Of a DNA stretch of 15,092 nucleotides, positions 1-8,964 are shown piece by piece. How positions within the stretch are numbered: position 1 is the stretch's first letter; every line of letters begins with the position of its first letter. A program made the translations under genes and the position numbers. The DNA comes from a virus: UHGV virus genome UHGV-1737584; one strand, given 5' to 3'. The notes under the pieces were generated by a model. That model was not told where the DNA came from. It worked only from the letters and a program-made list of their open reading frames with translations, and did no database searches.

Positions 1-1412
1 GTACTCAACAGGGGGATCTTTTCACCGCTTGTGCCAAGTTCTCTTAAACCAAGGTATTGGATAACGGCCAGTGTGCTTGTTTTAGCCAGAATATCGCGAC
101 CGACTGACGTTAAATCAGTCTGAGCTACCGTATCCTTACCAGTGAAATAAGGCAGTTTGTTTGCACCAGTCGCAAGGGCAGCGAGAGCGGTTAAAGTTGC
201 ATCCAGAGGCTGTTTGCCTGCCAGCGCATTTGTCATTGTTGTCGCAAAGTTCGGGTCATTGCCAAGTGCTGCGGCAAGCTCATTCAGGGTATCAAGAGCT
301 TCTGGTGATGAACCAACCAATGCGGATATGGCAGCTCTTACATAAGCGGTCGTAGCAATCTGCGTGTTATTCGTACCCTGTGCAGCGGTAGGCGCAGTAG
401 GTATTCCCGTTAATGCAGGACTTGCTAAAGGAGCTTTAAGAGCCAGAGCATTGTTGATAGTTGTGCTGAAATTCGGGTCGTTATTGATCGCAGCAGCTAT
501 TTCTTTAAGCGTATCCAGTGTGCCAGGTGCACCGTTGATAAGTGCCGTTATAGCTGCCTTAACAAAGGCTGTATTTGCGATCTGCGTGCTATTTGTACCT
601 TGCGCTGCCGTCGGCGCGGTTGGCGTTCCTGTCAGACTCGGGCTTTCTATTGGCGCTTTGGTATCAGCCAGATCTTTTATAGACTTAACAGCTTTAGGGG
701 TAGCCGCCATTGTTTCGCTGTCGCTGTTAGTTGCGCTACTGAGCTGAACTAATCCCTTTTGCGTTGTGCTTGCATCCTGTGCCGTATACTTGCTTTTCGC
801 CAGATCGTAGGCTTTTTTAACTGCCAGCGAACTTGCAGCAACATCACTTCTGGTACTGGTTACAGAGTCTGAAATATCAATGCCGATCGAGCGGTTGATA
901 CGCTCGGATGTATCAATCATCTCCTGGGTAATGGCAGATACACTAGCAGGGATATTCACCGTACAAACAAGCAGCTCCCCATCTCCTAACTGATATGAAT
1001 CGGTATAGGTTCTGGCAACAAATTCAGCCGCATGAATATGTGACGCGGTATTCACCTGGTAGGTATCTTCTCCAAGGAGGTATCTTCCCTTCAGCACAAT
1101 TGCATATTTCTTGCCTGCACTAAGTGCAAGAGAAATATCCTTACGTTGCTGAATAGTTACCTGGTAAAATTTACCAATATCCACCGACGCCGCGCCTGCG
1201 GTTTTATCACCATCCACTGAGGTAATTAACAGGTTCATCCCACCGCCAGGCTTAGGTAAGAAACCGGCATAAAATCCCGGGTCAACAATCCCCCTGAATT
1301 TTCGGTTTAGCGCGGCTGACAGATATGGTTCGTGGTATTGCACATCGGCCACCAGAGCCAACGACTCGGATGATGGGTAAGTAACCGATGTAACAACTGT
1401 AACGTCATTCAT
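1..1412 (-). CDS. S: Tail fibre protein, N-terminal ~470 codons; gene continues beyond window start
   Basis: Minus-strand ORF, ATG at complement 1410-1412 with AAGGAT 8 nt upstream, open to position 1. My translation contains repeat modules (SPSLTGTPTAPTAAQGTNSTQIANTAFV...DTLKEIAAAINNDPNF; KGLVQLSSATNSDSETMAATPKAV; KLPYFTGKDTVAQTDLTSVGRDILAK) that I recognise as the conserved P2 H / Mu S / P1 S fibre repeats. Symbol assigned by synteny. Confidence 0.85.
   Translation of the reverse strand, partial: MNDVTVVTSVTYPSSESLALVADVQYHEPYLSAALNRKFRGIVDPGFYAGFLPKPGGGMNLLITSVDGDKTAGAASVDIGKFYQVTIQQRKDISLALSAGKKYAIVLKGRYLLGEDTYQVNTASHIHAAEFVARTYTDSYQLGDGELLVCTVNIPASVSAITQEMIDTSERINRSIGIDISDSVTSTRSDVAASSLAVKKAYDLAKSKYTAQDASTTQKGLVQLSSATNSDSETMAATPKAVKSIKDLADTKAPIESPSLTGTPTAPTAAQGTNSTQIANTAFVKAAITALINGAPGTLDTLKEIAAAINNDPNFSTTINNALALKAPLASPALTGIPTAPTAAQGTNNTQIATTAYVRAAISALVGSSPEALDTLNELAAALGNDPNFATTMTNALAGKQPLDATLTALAALATGANKLPYFTGKDTVAQTDLTSVGRDILAKTSTLAVIQYLGLRELGTSGEKIPLLS
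207..656 (-). repeat. Two diverged ~225-bp direct repeats inside the tail-fibre gene, each encoding a ~75-aa fibre repeat module
   Basis: DNA around 361-420 resembles 590-650; protein aa ~253-328 and ~329-402 are paralogous (ESPSLTGTPTAPTAAQGTN... versus ASPALTGIPTAPTAAQGTN...). Boundaries approximate. Confidence 0.7.
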
Positions 1413-1423
1413 CAAGCATATCC

Positions 1424-1858
1424 TTATGCTGTAGTCGTGTTTATGGCCATAACTGCGGTATATGTTTTGCCCACATACAGCGAGTCTTCCTGGACACAAA
1501 TAATGGCGATTGGCTTGTTCTCGTTATCCAGAACAACCAGAGTGTTGAATGGGTAGTTTTTCCCTTCCTGCAACTGGCTTTGATCAAGGTCCATTCGGAC
1601 AGTAATTATCCCGCCTGAGTAGGTTGGGACGAGGTTGATGGTGCAAAATTGACTGGTCAGTTCTGCCAGTTCGAAAGCCTTTGGCAGTTCTCCAATCTCA
1701 TAAGTGCCATCTCCTTTCTTAGTAACCAGCGAACTGGTACCGAAAACGGCCTTGCTGATTAAAAATCGAGAGCCTTTGTTAATGGACGATTCAGCGCGCC
1801 GCTGATAGTAATAGTCCAACAACTGACTCTTATAGAGGTTTGTTGAGACGTCAGACAT
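1424..1858 (-). CDS. 144-aa protein between baseplate genes and tail fibre; probable tail-fibre-associated structural protein
   Basis: Complete ORF on the tail-operon strand, ending 12 bp before the fibre start. Position matches gene R of the P1 R-S-U fibre operon as I recall it; no motif recognised. Confidence 0.55.
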   Translation of the reverse strand: MSDVSTNLYKSQLLDYYYQRRAESSINKGSRFLISKAVFGTSSLVTKKGDGTYEIGELPKAFELAELTSQFCTINLVPTYSGGIITVRMDLDQSQLQEGKNYPFNTLVVLDNENKPIAIICVQEDSLYVGKTYTAVMAINTTTA

Positions 1859-1936
1859 GATTTTCCCTAATCAATGTTGTGAAGCCTCATTGTAAGATAA
1901 GTAACTTGTCACCCCGCCCTGCGGACGGGGTGATTA

Positions 1937-2776
1937 TCAGGCATCACTATCCAGCAGCAAATCATCTGCGCGGGTGCGATCAAACGTAGGCGTTGCTTTC
2001 ACAATAGTGCCGCCCGGCGTTGCAGTGATCGGAGCGCTAATCGACGTAACTCCAGTAAGCGAAGTTGTATCCGAAGTTTCAAACCAGCAGTACGCTTTTT
2101 CGGTATCAGAAATCTCGTTCAAAGTGATCATGTCGGCGTGTTCATTTACAACAACCGACAAATAGAGCGTAAGCCCATCAAACACTATATGCAGTGGCAG
2201 TAGAGGCTTTACGAACTGATTAAACTTTCTGAGAATTTCTTCTGTAATTGCGGACTGATCTATCGTGCCAGTAATCCCCATTGTCCGGGCCAGGTCGTTT
2301 ATGAGAATACTGATCATCCCTCTGGAAGTCAGAAACATCTCGCCGAATGTGCCGCCGGTAGTCTCCAGTGTGCTTTCAGGTATTAGAACCGTGCCATAGG
2401 GATGACGCTCAAGATCCACCGGTGCATATATCGGATCCCATAAAACAGAAATACCGTTAAATTCGCGATAAATTGTCTGGTTTATAGGGCGTTCAGTCCC
2501 CTTAAAGTGAATCTCATCAAGACGCTGTTGTAACAACATCGGAACGGAAGATGAGTTCGACGTTCTGATAGTAAAGAACTGGCCAAGTTCATTTGTCCTG
2601 GTCTCCAGATCCTCCTTGCTCATGGAAAAAATAGACTTCCGGTTGGTAATTCGCTCCAACCATGGGTCAACAAAGGTATCCATCATTGACTGAACCAAAT
2701 CAGCCAATGATTTATAGAGCAATGACTTTTGCTTAGCTGATGTAAGCCGGTTATTAAACCAGGAACGCTGCATCAC
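1937..2776 (-). CDS. 279-aa putative baseplate/tail protein
   Basis: Complete ORF whose start overlaps the stop of the upstream 477-aa gene (ATGA at 2773-2776), implying translational coupling. Position corresponds to P1 gene 16 by my recollection; function inferred from context only. Confidence 0.55.
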   Translation of the reverse strand: MMQRSWFNNRLTSAKQKSLLYKSLADLVQSMMDTFVDPWLERITNRKSIFSMSKEDLETRTNELGQFFTIRTSNSSSVPMLLQQRLDEIHFKGTERPINQTIYREFNGISVLWDPIYAPVDLERHPYGTVLIPESTLETTGGTFGEMFLTSRGMISILINDLARTMGITGTIDQSAITEEILRKFNQFVKPLLPLHIVFDGLTLYLSVVVNEHADMITLNEISDTEKAYCWFETSDTTSLTGVTSISAPITATPGGTIVKATPTFDRTRADDLLLDSDA

Positions 2777-4206
2777 TCCTCCTCATACGAAATATTAAAG
2801 GTGGAGTTTTCTGTATCCAGATAAACGAAATCGTAAAAGCCGTTGGACTCATTCCACTCGACAAATTCCAGATAAAAGTCGCGGAAATAACCCAGCGTTT
2901 CGATAAATGCCCAAACGTCTTTTTTCTTAATCAGGATGTACTTGCCGACACGGTTCGGATCAAAGAAAGTTGAGTCACGCCCAAATTTTGTTTCCAGTGC
3001 CGACTTCAGCTCATCAGTCACGTTCTCAATGGTCAGGCTTGCCGATATCCGCCCGGTGATGGTGATCTTAAAGGGTAGTTTTCTGACCTCTTTATACGAG
3101 AATTTCTTGTTCAACTCATTCGGCACCTTCTTAAAGGCAGCCAGGATCATTTCTTCAAGCTCTGACTGGCTTTTATTTGGATGCCACCCTGAAATAAATA
3201 TCTTATTGATATTCCGAACATTATAAGCACCATCTAATTTCTCTTGCTGGCCTTCGCCCCATGCCTTTACCCAGGACAGTCCCGGGATGTTACGCACCAG
3301 AAAATACGTATAGTCCCCGCCCCATACGACCTGATCATCATAGGCAAGGTAATATTGTGCACGGTTACGTGTGATCTCCGTTGTTTCGGCATCGGTACCT
3401 GCGGTTATAGGTGTCATTGTCTTAACTGAAATCAAATTAGCTAAATTAGCCGCAGAATCGACAGGCGTCAGGTTTTGGCCAGCAACCAGGGTTATATCGC
3501 CGTTGGTGCACCATACCTTAAGCGTAATGATCGAGCCTTCTGGCGGTATTTGCCCAATTAGCCCATCACCGAATCGAACCCCCAACTGCTCAGATGGTTT
3601 ATAAAACTCAACGTAGACCTGGCTTTTACTACCGGCTAACCGGAACATAGTGCTGGAAGACCACTGCGTGGTCTTACCATCGGTCGTCACGAATACTTCC
3701 AGCTTATAGCAGACAGCAGTAAGAGCCTTTGATAACACGACTTCCAGAAATTCTTTAGCTGCCGTAACGGTATATGTCACCTCCTGGATTTCCAACTGCG
3801 CCACTTCTACCGTACCGGTGCCGTCAACCAACCTGCATACATCCATAGTCATGTAAGGGTACTGGTCGTCAGATATTAAAGGCATGTTTTTGGGGATTAC
3901 CGCTGGGGCATCTTCACTTGTGGCGGTGATCTCAATCATCCCCGATGACGGTGTTGGCTTGGTACCAACGTAACTATTCGTTTCTGCCGCTGCCAGGATA
4001 GAGGAACGCCGCGTCGCGGTCGATATAAAGCCTTCAGCCAGCGCCGCATCGGCATACTGAAAGCACCTGTAGACAATCTGGGTAATAAACAATGTCAGCA
4101 TCGAGACAAATTGAGAGCCGACAAACTTCGACCAGAATGAGTCTTTCTCGACAAGCTCTTCAAACTCTGCACGAATACTGTCTTTAGTCGGTGTTGTTTT
4201 ACTCAT
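2773..4206 (-). CDS. 477-aa putative baseplate protein (baseplate J-like size class)
   Basis: Complete ORF coupled by 4-bp overlaps to both neighbours (4203-4206 and 2773-2776). Size and position between a small wedge-like gene and the fibre-proximal genes fit a baseplate component (P1 bplA by position); not verified by motif. Confidence 0.6.
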   Translation of the reverse strand: MSKTTPTKDSIRAEFEELVEKDSFWSKFVGSQFVSMLTLFITQIVYRCFQYADAALAEGFISTATRRSSILAAAETNSYVGTKPTPSSGMIEITATSEDAPAVIPKNMPLISDDQYPYMTMDVCRLVDGTGTVEVAQLEIQEVTYTVTAAKEFLEVVLSKALTAVCYKLEVFVTTDGKTTQWSSSTMFRLAGSKSQVYVEFYKPSEQLGVRFGDGLIGQIPPEGSIITLKVWCTNGDITLVAGQNLTPVDSAANLANLISVKTMTPITAGTDAETTEITRNRAQYYLAYDDQVVWGGDYTYFLVRNIPGLSWVKAWGEGQQEKLDGAYNVRNINKIFISGWHPNKSQSELEEMILAAFKKVPNELNKKFSYKEVRKLPFKITITGRISASLTIENVTDELKSALETKFGRDSTFFDPNRVGKYILIKKKDVWAFIETLGYFRDFYLEFVEWNESNGFYDFVYLDTENSTFNISYEEE

Positions 4207-4562
4207 AGCACCACGTCCTGTGTGATAGTTATATCCCTGATACGAATGGATATTTTCAACTTATCAAAAGCATCTCCCTCGGCTACTGACAAGCCAGAAA
4301 TCGGTATGTCAGGTAAATCTACCGTCAGTTTTTGCAACAGCATTGCCTCAACCGCAATTTGAACATGCGACAAGTTGGTCGGTTCGTGTTTAAACTGCGG
4401 TAAAACATTGCCCCATGACGGATCTCCGTATACCTCACCCTGATAAGTGTTTAGCCACTCATATAAACGAGCGCCCCAGGCCTCCTCCTGGGACTCATAC
4501 GTTTTTACGCCGGATAACTCCAGCGTCAGCAAAGGATCAATTTCGTTATTGTTGGCCATCAA
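4203..4562 (-). CDS. 119-aa small structural protein, possibly baseplate wedge (gp25/W-like size class)
   Basis: Complete ORF; start overlaps the stop of the Sit-like gene (4559-4562) and its stop overlaps the next start. Assignment by size and synteny only (P1 pmgA by position). Confidence 0.5.
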   Translation of the reverse strand: MMANNNEIDPLLTLELSGVKTYESQEEAWGARLYEWLNTYQGEVYGDPSWGNVLPQFKHEPTNLSHVQIAVEAMLLQKLTVDLPDIPISGLSVAEGDAFDKLKISIRIRDITITQDVVL

Positions 4563-7500
4563 TCAACTCTCGCGTAGTCATTCATCAACGGATCATCAAT
4601 TGACAGTGGTACCGTGCGCATAACGCCCGGCTGAGGCGTGCTGACCTTTACGACAGTTCCCTGGCCTTTCGCCGAGTCTTTGGTGTGCTCTTCAATCCTG
4701 GCAAGCAATGAGGTCATCTGCGCAAACAGCCGCTTCGTTTCACCATCAAGTGAAACGGTATTATCAGCCAACTGCATTGTCGGCTTGGCACCGGAGCCAC
4801 CAAGGTCACTAATAACCTGTCCGTCTATCTGCATACGACCGGTTGGTTGCTGCAAATCGTTGGCGGCAGTCGTCACCTGGGACGTGGAGGCTGGTTCAGG
4901 CGCATTATTTTTCCGCATCCCCGGCGAGTTGCGGAGTTTATCGAATAGTCCATCAATCCCCATTTGTGCGCCGAGCTGGTCAAAGTAACTTGAGTTGTTG
5001 GCCACCGGACGCGCTTCTTCAACTGGCATCGGGGTATCAACATACACATTACCAGCTGCTGTTGCGGTCCCCTTCCCTCGTGCACGTTCTTCTAGCGTTC
5101 CCTGAACGACTTCCCGACGCATCCCCCGGCCATTCATGAATTTGTTGACCAGATCGTTAACGCCAACAGCATTGCCGATTTTGTCGACCAGACCGCCTTT
5201 CTCAAACGGGCTATCACCAGGGGTAAACGCCAAGCCAGGGGTAAACGCCAAGCCAGGGGTAAACGCCAAGCCAGTATACTGATCGATAACGGCGTTATCA
5301 GGCAGTGGTCCCCTCACTCCATATTGCGCCCCACCCTGTGCTCCTGCCCCAGGTGTATAGATTTCACCACCTAAATAGCGAGCACGATGAGTATTGACCT
5401 TGATCGCGTACTCACGGTTTTCCTTCGATAAGTCACCGGTGCCTTTTTTCCACTTATTAATAGTGCCAAACCCAGCGTTATATGCAGTGATGGCCTCGTT
5501 TAAGTCTCCATTGGCTTGCTTCAGATACTTGCTCATGAGAAGAGCCGCAGCTTCTGCCGATTTCACAGGATCAAACGATTCACCTTCAGCTAAGCCAGTC
5601 TCTTCACGAGCAATGCCCGTGAACTGAAACATTCCTAGAGCACCAGTTTGGGATTTTGCGTATGGATTACCACCAGATTCAGTTGCAGCAATCGCGTAAA
5701 GAGTGCCTTCAGGAAGACCATATTTATTCTCTAGTTCAGCAAAATACGGAGCTAACTTATCGAGATTTGCCTTACCTTCAGCGCCAAGGCTTCCGACTTT
5801 TACATCTAAGTTGCCATTATTGTAGGTATCAGCAGCTTTCTGAATGTCATTCCCAGTGCCGGTGGTATTACGCGACGATGATGACGAGCTATTTTGACCA
5901 ATAGCTTTATCAATTTTCTGCAACGCGCGATTGCCCGTTTCTACGGCATTTGCATTGATAATCTGATTGGCAGTTTGTTTAACTGTTTTATTGCTATCTT
6001 TCGCTGTGTCCAGTGCCGCATTTATCACGCGGGTAGCAATATTACTCTGTTTGGCATCGGATTCAGTTTTAGAATTAGACGTCTCCTGGTGGCTATTAAC
6101 CGGAGCTTTTAACTCTGGAGTGATTTCTTTCGCATTAGCCTCGCCGATCGGATTGGGTATTTTTGATACAATCATTGCCGCAGGGGTATTTTTAACGGCA
6201 TCAACCGCTGCATCTAATGCTTTACCGGGTAAATTTTTAACCCCATCCCAAATATTACCAGCCGCCTCTTTAATGTGTTTCCCTGGGTTCTTAATGAAAT
6301 CAATTGCACTATCAATTGCATCACTGAAAACCTGTTTCAGGTTATCGACAGTAAAGAAGTCTTTGATGGCATCCAGCTTTTCAAGCAGCTTATTAGATGT
6401 ATCGCTAAACCATGCTGAAACAGCATCACCAATCTTTGCTGTGTAATCATCGAACTTGGTAGAAATCGTGTCGCCAAGGTTAGAAATATATGTTTCTAAG
6501 TTGGTAATCCCACTATCAATGGCCTGGGCAATACTTTCCGTCGAAAATGATTGCAACATATTGCCGATATCCTCAAATCCAAGTGATTTGAGAACCTCAC
6601 CAATGGCGCTGCTAATACCAGATACAAGCCCCCCCATATCAAGAACATTAGCTAACGTATAAGCGGCTTTTTGCTGGAATGATGGATCTTGTCCTGATTT
6701 AAGCCCAAACGCTCGACGTTGCGCTTCTGTATCATTCCAACCGGTTACCGCATCATAAATACCTCCAGCCACTGTGCCGACCAGGGGAATTGCGCGTAAC
6801 GCCCCTTTACCAACTGCCTTTAATCCAAGTTTACCTGCTGCCCGGGCAGCCAAATCTCCGCCTTCATGGGCGAGAGTCTTCTTGCCACCACCGCGTAGCA
6901 TTCCTACAAGTTTCTTTGCCCCCAGAGCGCCAAAAGCGAGTGCTCCAGCTTTTTTCAGCATGCCACGCCCCATTAACAACGACGCGACGCCACCGGCCCC
7001 CTTCCCTAACAGGCTAAATAATTTGGACAGCAAGCCGCCCTTCTTTTTCCCGGTGTTTTTGGCTATCTGATCAAGGGCGCTGAGAATCTTGTCATTGCCC
7101 TCTTTAATTTCGCTGGTCTGCTCCTGAAGTTCCTGAACCGTCCGTTTTTGGGTGTTAACCTGAACGACATCGGCACTATTTTGCGATTTACGCCTAAAAA
7201 AACCTTTTCTACGGCTGTTATCGTCATTGCCACGAATCACATCGGCAATAGACTTTCTGGCACCATTAAGCGATCCACCAACTTCTTTTGATATCCCGCC
7301 AAGCTCCTTCCCTGCGGCCCACAATGGACCAGCAACGGCATAACCTAACGCATCGACGGCACGAGTCTCTGAAGGGTTACCTATGCCTTCAGCTACTTTT
7401 GACAGTTTTTTTAATAAACCTGATTCAGCATTTAGACGCTCATCATCCTCTTTGCGCCTGTCCTTTTCAGCACGTTCAGCACGGGCATCTTCCGCTGCGG

Positions 7501-7987
7501 CCTTACTCCCTGACTTTCCAATAAAACGACCACGCGCATCGCGTTGGTTTTGGCTTTTTTGCGCACCGTCTTTTTGACCGAACATTTCGCGAGCGTGTTC
7601 GGCTGCTTCGGTCCGTTGCGCCTTTACATCTTCTGTTATAGCCTTCTTGCGTCGTTTTTTACCCTTTCGCGTAGTTGATTTGGCCTGCGGTTCCTGTAGA
7701 GCAACATCCTCCTGAACTACACGAGAAACGTCCCCTAAATTAAGCCGTTTCATTGCCTCAACAATAGGGTCCACTGATGGCGCATTGGCCACAAAGTCTG
7801 GCTGGGAATTTTCGATTGTGCGATTTAATGCCGACACACTGCGAGAGACAGGATCAACTGTAGCAACTCGCCCCCCTTTCAAATCTTCAACGGCTTCCCG
7901 AATACCTGCAAGCTCTTCCAGCTCTTTTGCGCTGGCGGTTTCAACCGTCCTTATCACATCGTCAATGTTGGCGTTTTTTCTTTCCAT
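4559..7987 (-). CDS. sit: Structural injection transglycosylase / tape-measure-like protein, 1142 aa, with soluble lytic transglycosylase (SLT) domain
   Basis: Longest ORF in window. Contains GLPEGTLYAIAATESGGNPYAKSQTGALGMFQFTGIARE (aa ~760-800), the family-1 lytic transglycosylase motif with catalytic Glu-Ser (Glu codon at complement 5678-5680). N-terminal part is K/R/E-rich, followed by a Gly/Ala-rich hydrophobic glycine-zipper segment (aa ~300-420). P1 Sit is about 1140 aa as I recall. Confidence 0.9.
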   Translation of the reverse strand: MERKNANIDDVIRTVETASAKELEELAGIREAVEDLKGGRVATVDPVSRSVSALNRTIENSQPDFVANAPSVDPIVEAMKRLNLGDVSRVVQEDVALQEPQAKSTTRKGKKRRKKAITEDVKAQRTEAAEHAREMFGQKDGAQKSQNQRDARGRFIGKSGSKAAAEDARAERAEKDRRKEDDERLNAESGLLKKLSKVAEGIGNPSETRAVDALGYAVAGPLWAAGKELGGISKEVGGSLNGARKSIADVIRGNDDNSRRKGFFRRKSQNSADVVQVNTQKRTVQELQEQTSEIKEGNDKILSALDQIAKNTGKKKGGLLSKLFSLLGKGAGGVASLLMGRGMLKKAGALAFGALGAKKLVGMLRGGGKKTLAHEGGDLAARAAGKLGLKAVGKGALRAIPLVGTVAGGIYDAVTGWNDTEAQRRAFGLKSGQDPSFQQKAAYTLANVLDMGGLVSGISSAIGEVLKSLGFEDIGNMLQSFSTESIAQAIDSGITNLETYISNLGDTISTKFDDYTAKIGDAVSAWFSDTSNKLLEKLDAIKDFFTVDNLKQVFSDAIDSAIDFIKNPGKHIKEAAGNIWDGVKNLPGKALDAAVDAVKNTPAAMIVSKIPNPIGEANAKEITPELKAPVNSHQETSNSKTESDAKQSNIATRVINAALDTAKDSNKTVKQTANQIINANAVETGNRALQKIDKAIGQNSSSSSSRNTTGTGNDIQKAADTYNNGNLDVKVGSLGAEGKANLDKLAPYFAELENKYGLPEGTLYAIAATESGGNPYAKSQTGALGMFQFTGIAREETGLAEGESFDPVKSAEAAALLMSKYLKQANGDLNEAITAYNAGFGTINKWKKGTGDLSKENREYAIKVNTHRARYLGGEIYTPGAGAQGGAQYGVRGPLPDNAVIDQYTGLAFTPGLAFTPGLAFTPGDSPFEKGGLVDKIGNAVGVNDLVNKFMNGRGMRREVVQGTLEERARGKGTATAAGNVYVDTPMPVEEARPVANNSSYFDQLGAQMGIDGLFDKLRNSPGMRKNNAPEPASTSQVTTAANDLQQPTGRMQIDGQVISDLGGSGAKPTMQLADNTVSLDGETKRLFAQMTSLLARIEEHTKDSAKGQGTVVKVSTPQPGVMRTVPLSIDDPLMNDYARVD
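5217..5274 (-). repeat. Perfect tandem repeat, 3.2 copies of an 18-bp unit (CCAGGGGTAAACGCCAAG), encoding (LAFTPG)x3 in the Sit-like protein
   Basis: Read directly: copies at 5217-5234, 5235-5252, 5253-5270 plus a partial CCAG. In frame; translates to TGLAFTPGLAFTPGLAFTPG just C-terminal of the SLT domain. Confidence 0.95.
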
Positions 7988-8068
7988 GATCTTATCGCCT
8001 ACCGCTTCGGTTTAAGTTTTTCTTCCAGTTTCTCCAACAGGAAAAACGCATAGGATTCAGTAAGCCTT

Positions 8069-8950
8069 TCAGCGTCCTGAATCGGTATACCCCCATACAA
8101 AACCAGGTTGGACACTAAGGTCTGATAGCTTTTCAATCCCCACCTGTGGAATGAAGTCGATAGCCCGAAAGGGCACCCACAGACGGGTATACGCACCCTC
8201 TGTGGACTCCTTTTTATCCTGATTTGGGCATTTATGCGGCGGGAGACGAAGACGCATTTCGCCTTTATCGATGTAGCACGGTAAACCATGTTCGAGCTTT
8301 TCATGAGCCAGTCGGATGTGTGCCGCCAGCTTCATAAATTCAGTATCAATGGCCATCCGTTTAATCGTTTCATAACGACGCTCGGCCTGATCTTCACGAG
8401 TACCGCTAACATCGTTATAAAGCTCACACTGATAAGCGAATTCCCAAAAACGCAAATCAACGATCGCTTCTTTGAATTCCGCGTCGTCTTCAGGTGGCAA
8501 TGCTGCACGGCGCATCTCCAGCATTTCCATTGCCCAACCATCAAGCGGCACGATACGCCATTGATAAGGTACTCCCTCTACAGACACCTCAATATCGTCA
8601 ATGAAAGGTTCCACTTCCAGGACCTGGATATCTTCAGCCAGAGCATTCATATCGCAATCGTAATAATGCTCTTTACCGCAATGTTTACAGGTGTAGGTGA
8701 ATGTCTCGACCGGTGTTTCACGGGAGCCGGTAAATATCCACCATAACGCGGTAATCCGGTCCTGCGCCGTCCATGTCAGGGGATCATGTTTCGCGGGTTC
8801 AGCCAGCAAGGCTTTTAAATACGCCGTTGTCTGTTGTTCTTGTTCCTCCGGTGTTATCGAGTTGAAACGCATCGCATCAGCAATATTTGGCTGACGGAAC
8901 TGGATCAATTCAGTTGGCCGCGATGGTAGCGGGAAAAGGGGTAAAAGCAT
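8069..8950 (-). CDS. 293-aa putative morphogenetic protein with a Cys cluster (C-x2-C-x7-C)
   Basis: Complete ORF on the tail-operon strand, 81 bp upstream of sit. Contains TCKHCGKEHYYDCD (Cys 88, 91, 99) plus Cys 175, 225, 241. Function unknown (P1 pmgB by position). Confidence 0.6.
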   Translation of the reverse strand: MLLPLFPLPSRPTELIQFRQPNIADAMRFNSITPEEQEQQTTAYLKALLAEPAKHDPLTWTAQDRITALWWIFTGSRETPVETFTYTCKHCGKEHYYDCDMNALAEDIQVLEVEPFIDDIEVSVEGVPYQWRIVPLDGWAMEMLEMRRAALPPEDDAEFKEAIVDLRFWEFAYQCELYNDVSGTREDQAERRYETIKRMAIDTEFMKLAAHIRLAHEKLEHGLPCYIDKGEMRLRLPPHKCPNQDKKESTEGAYTRLWVPFRAIDFIPQVGIEKLSDLSVQPGFVWGYTDSGR

Positions 8951-8964
8951 CCTTGCTCCTTAAT

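Noticed and set aside
157-747. Plus-strand ORFs 157-345, 161-355 and 364-747 (62-127 aa)
   Set aside because: They lie antisense within the tail-fibre gene; their Ala/Val/Gly-rich translations are typical shadow ORFs of the repeat-encoding strand, with no RBS support.
5217-5274. Possibility that the 18-bp tandem repeat is a CRISPR array or an iteron set
   Set aside because: Copies are contiguous with no spacers, in frame within a coding gene, and translate to a clean hexapeptide repeat.
4415-7577. Numerous plus-strand ORFs (62-159 aa) inside the sit gene region
   Set aside because: All are antisense to a long, well-supported 1142-aa gene with a recognisable SLT domain; they are low-complexity and lack start contexts.
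7999-8304. Minus-strand 101-aa ORF overlapping the 3' end of the 293-aa gene
   Set aside because: Alternative frame largely nested in the longer ORF; it would leave most of the 8069-8950 coding potential unused.
8288-8894. Plus-strand ORFs 8288-8746 and 8697-8894 and minus-strand 8332-8544
   Set aside because: Antisense or out-of-frame overlaps of the 293-aa gene; no independent support.
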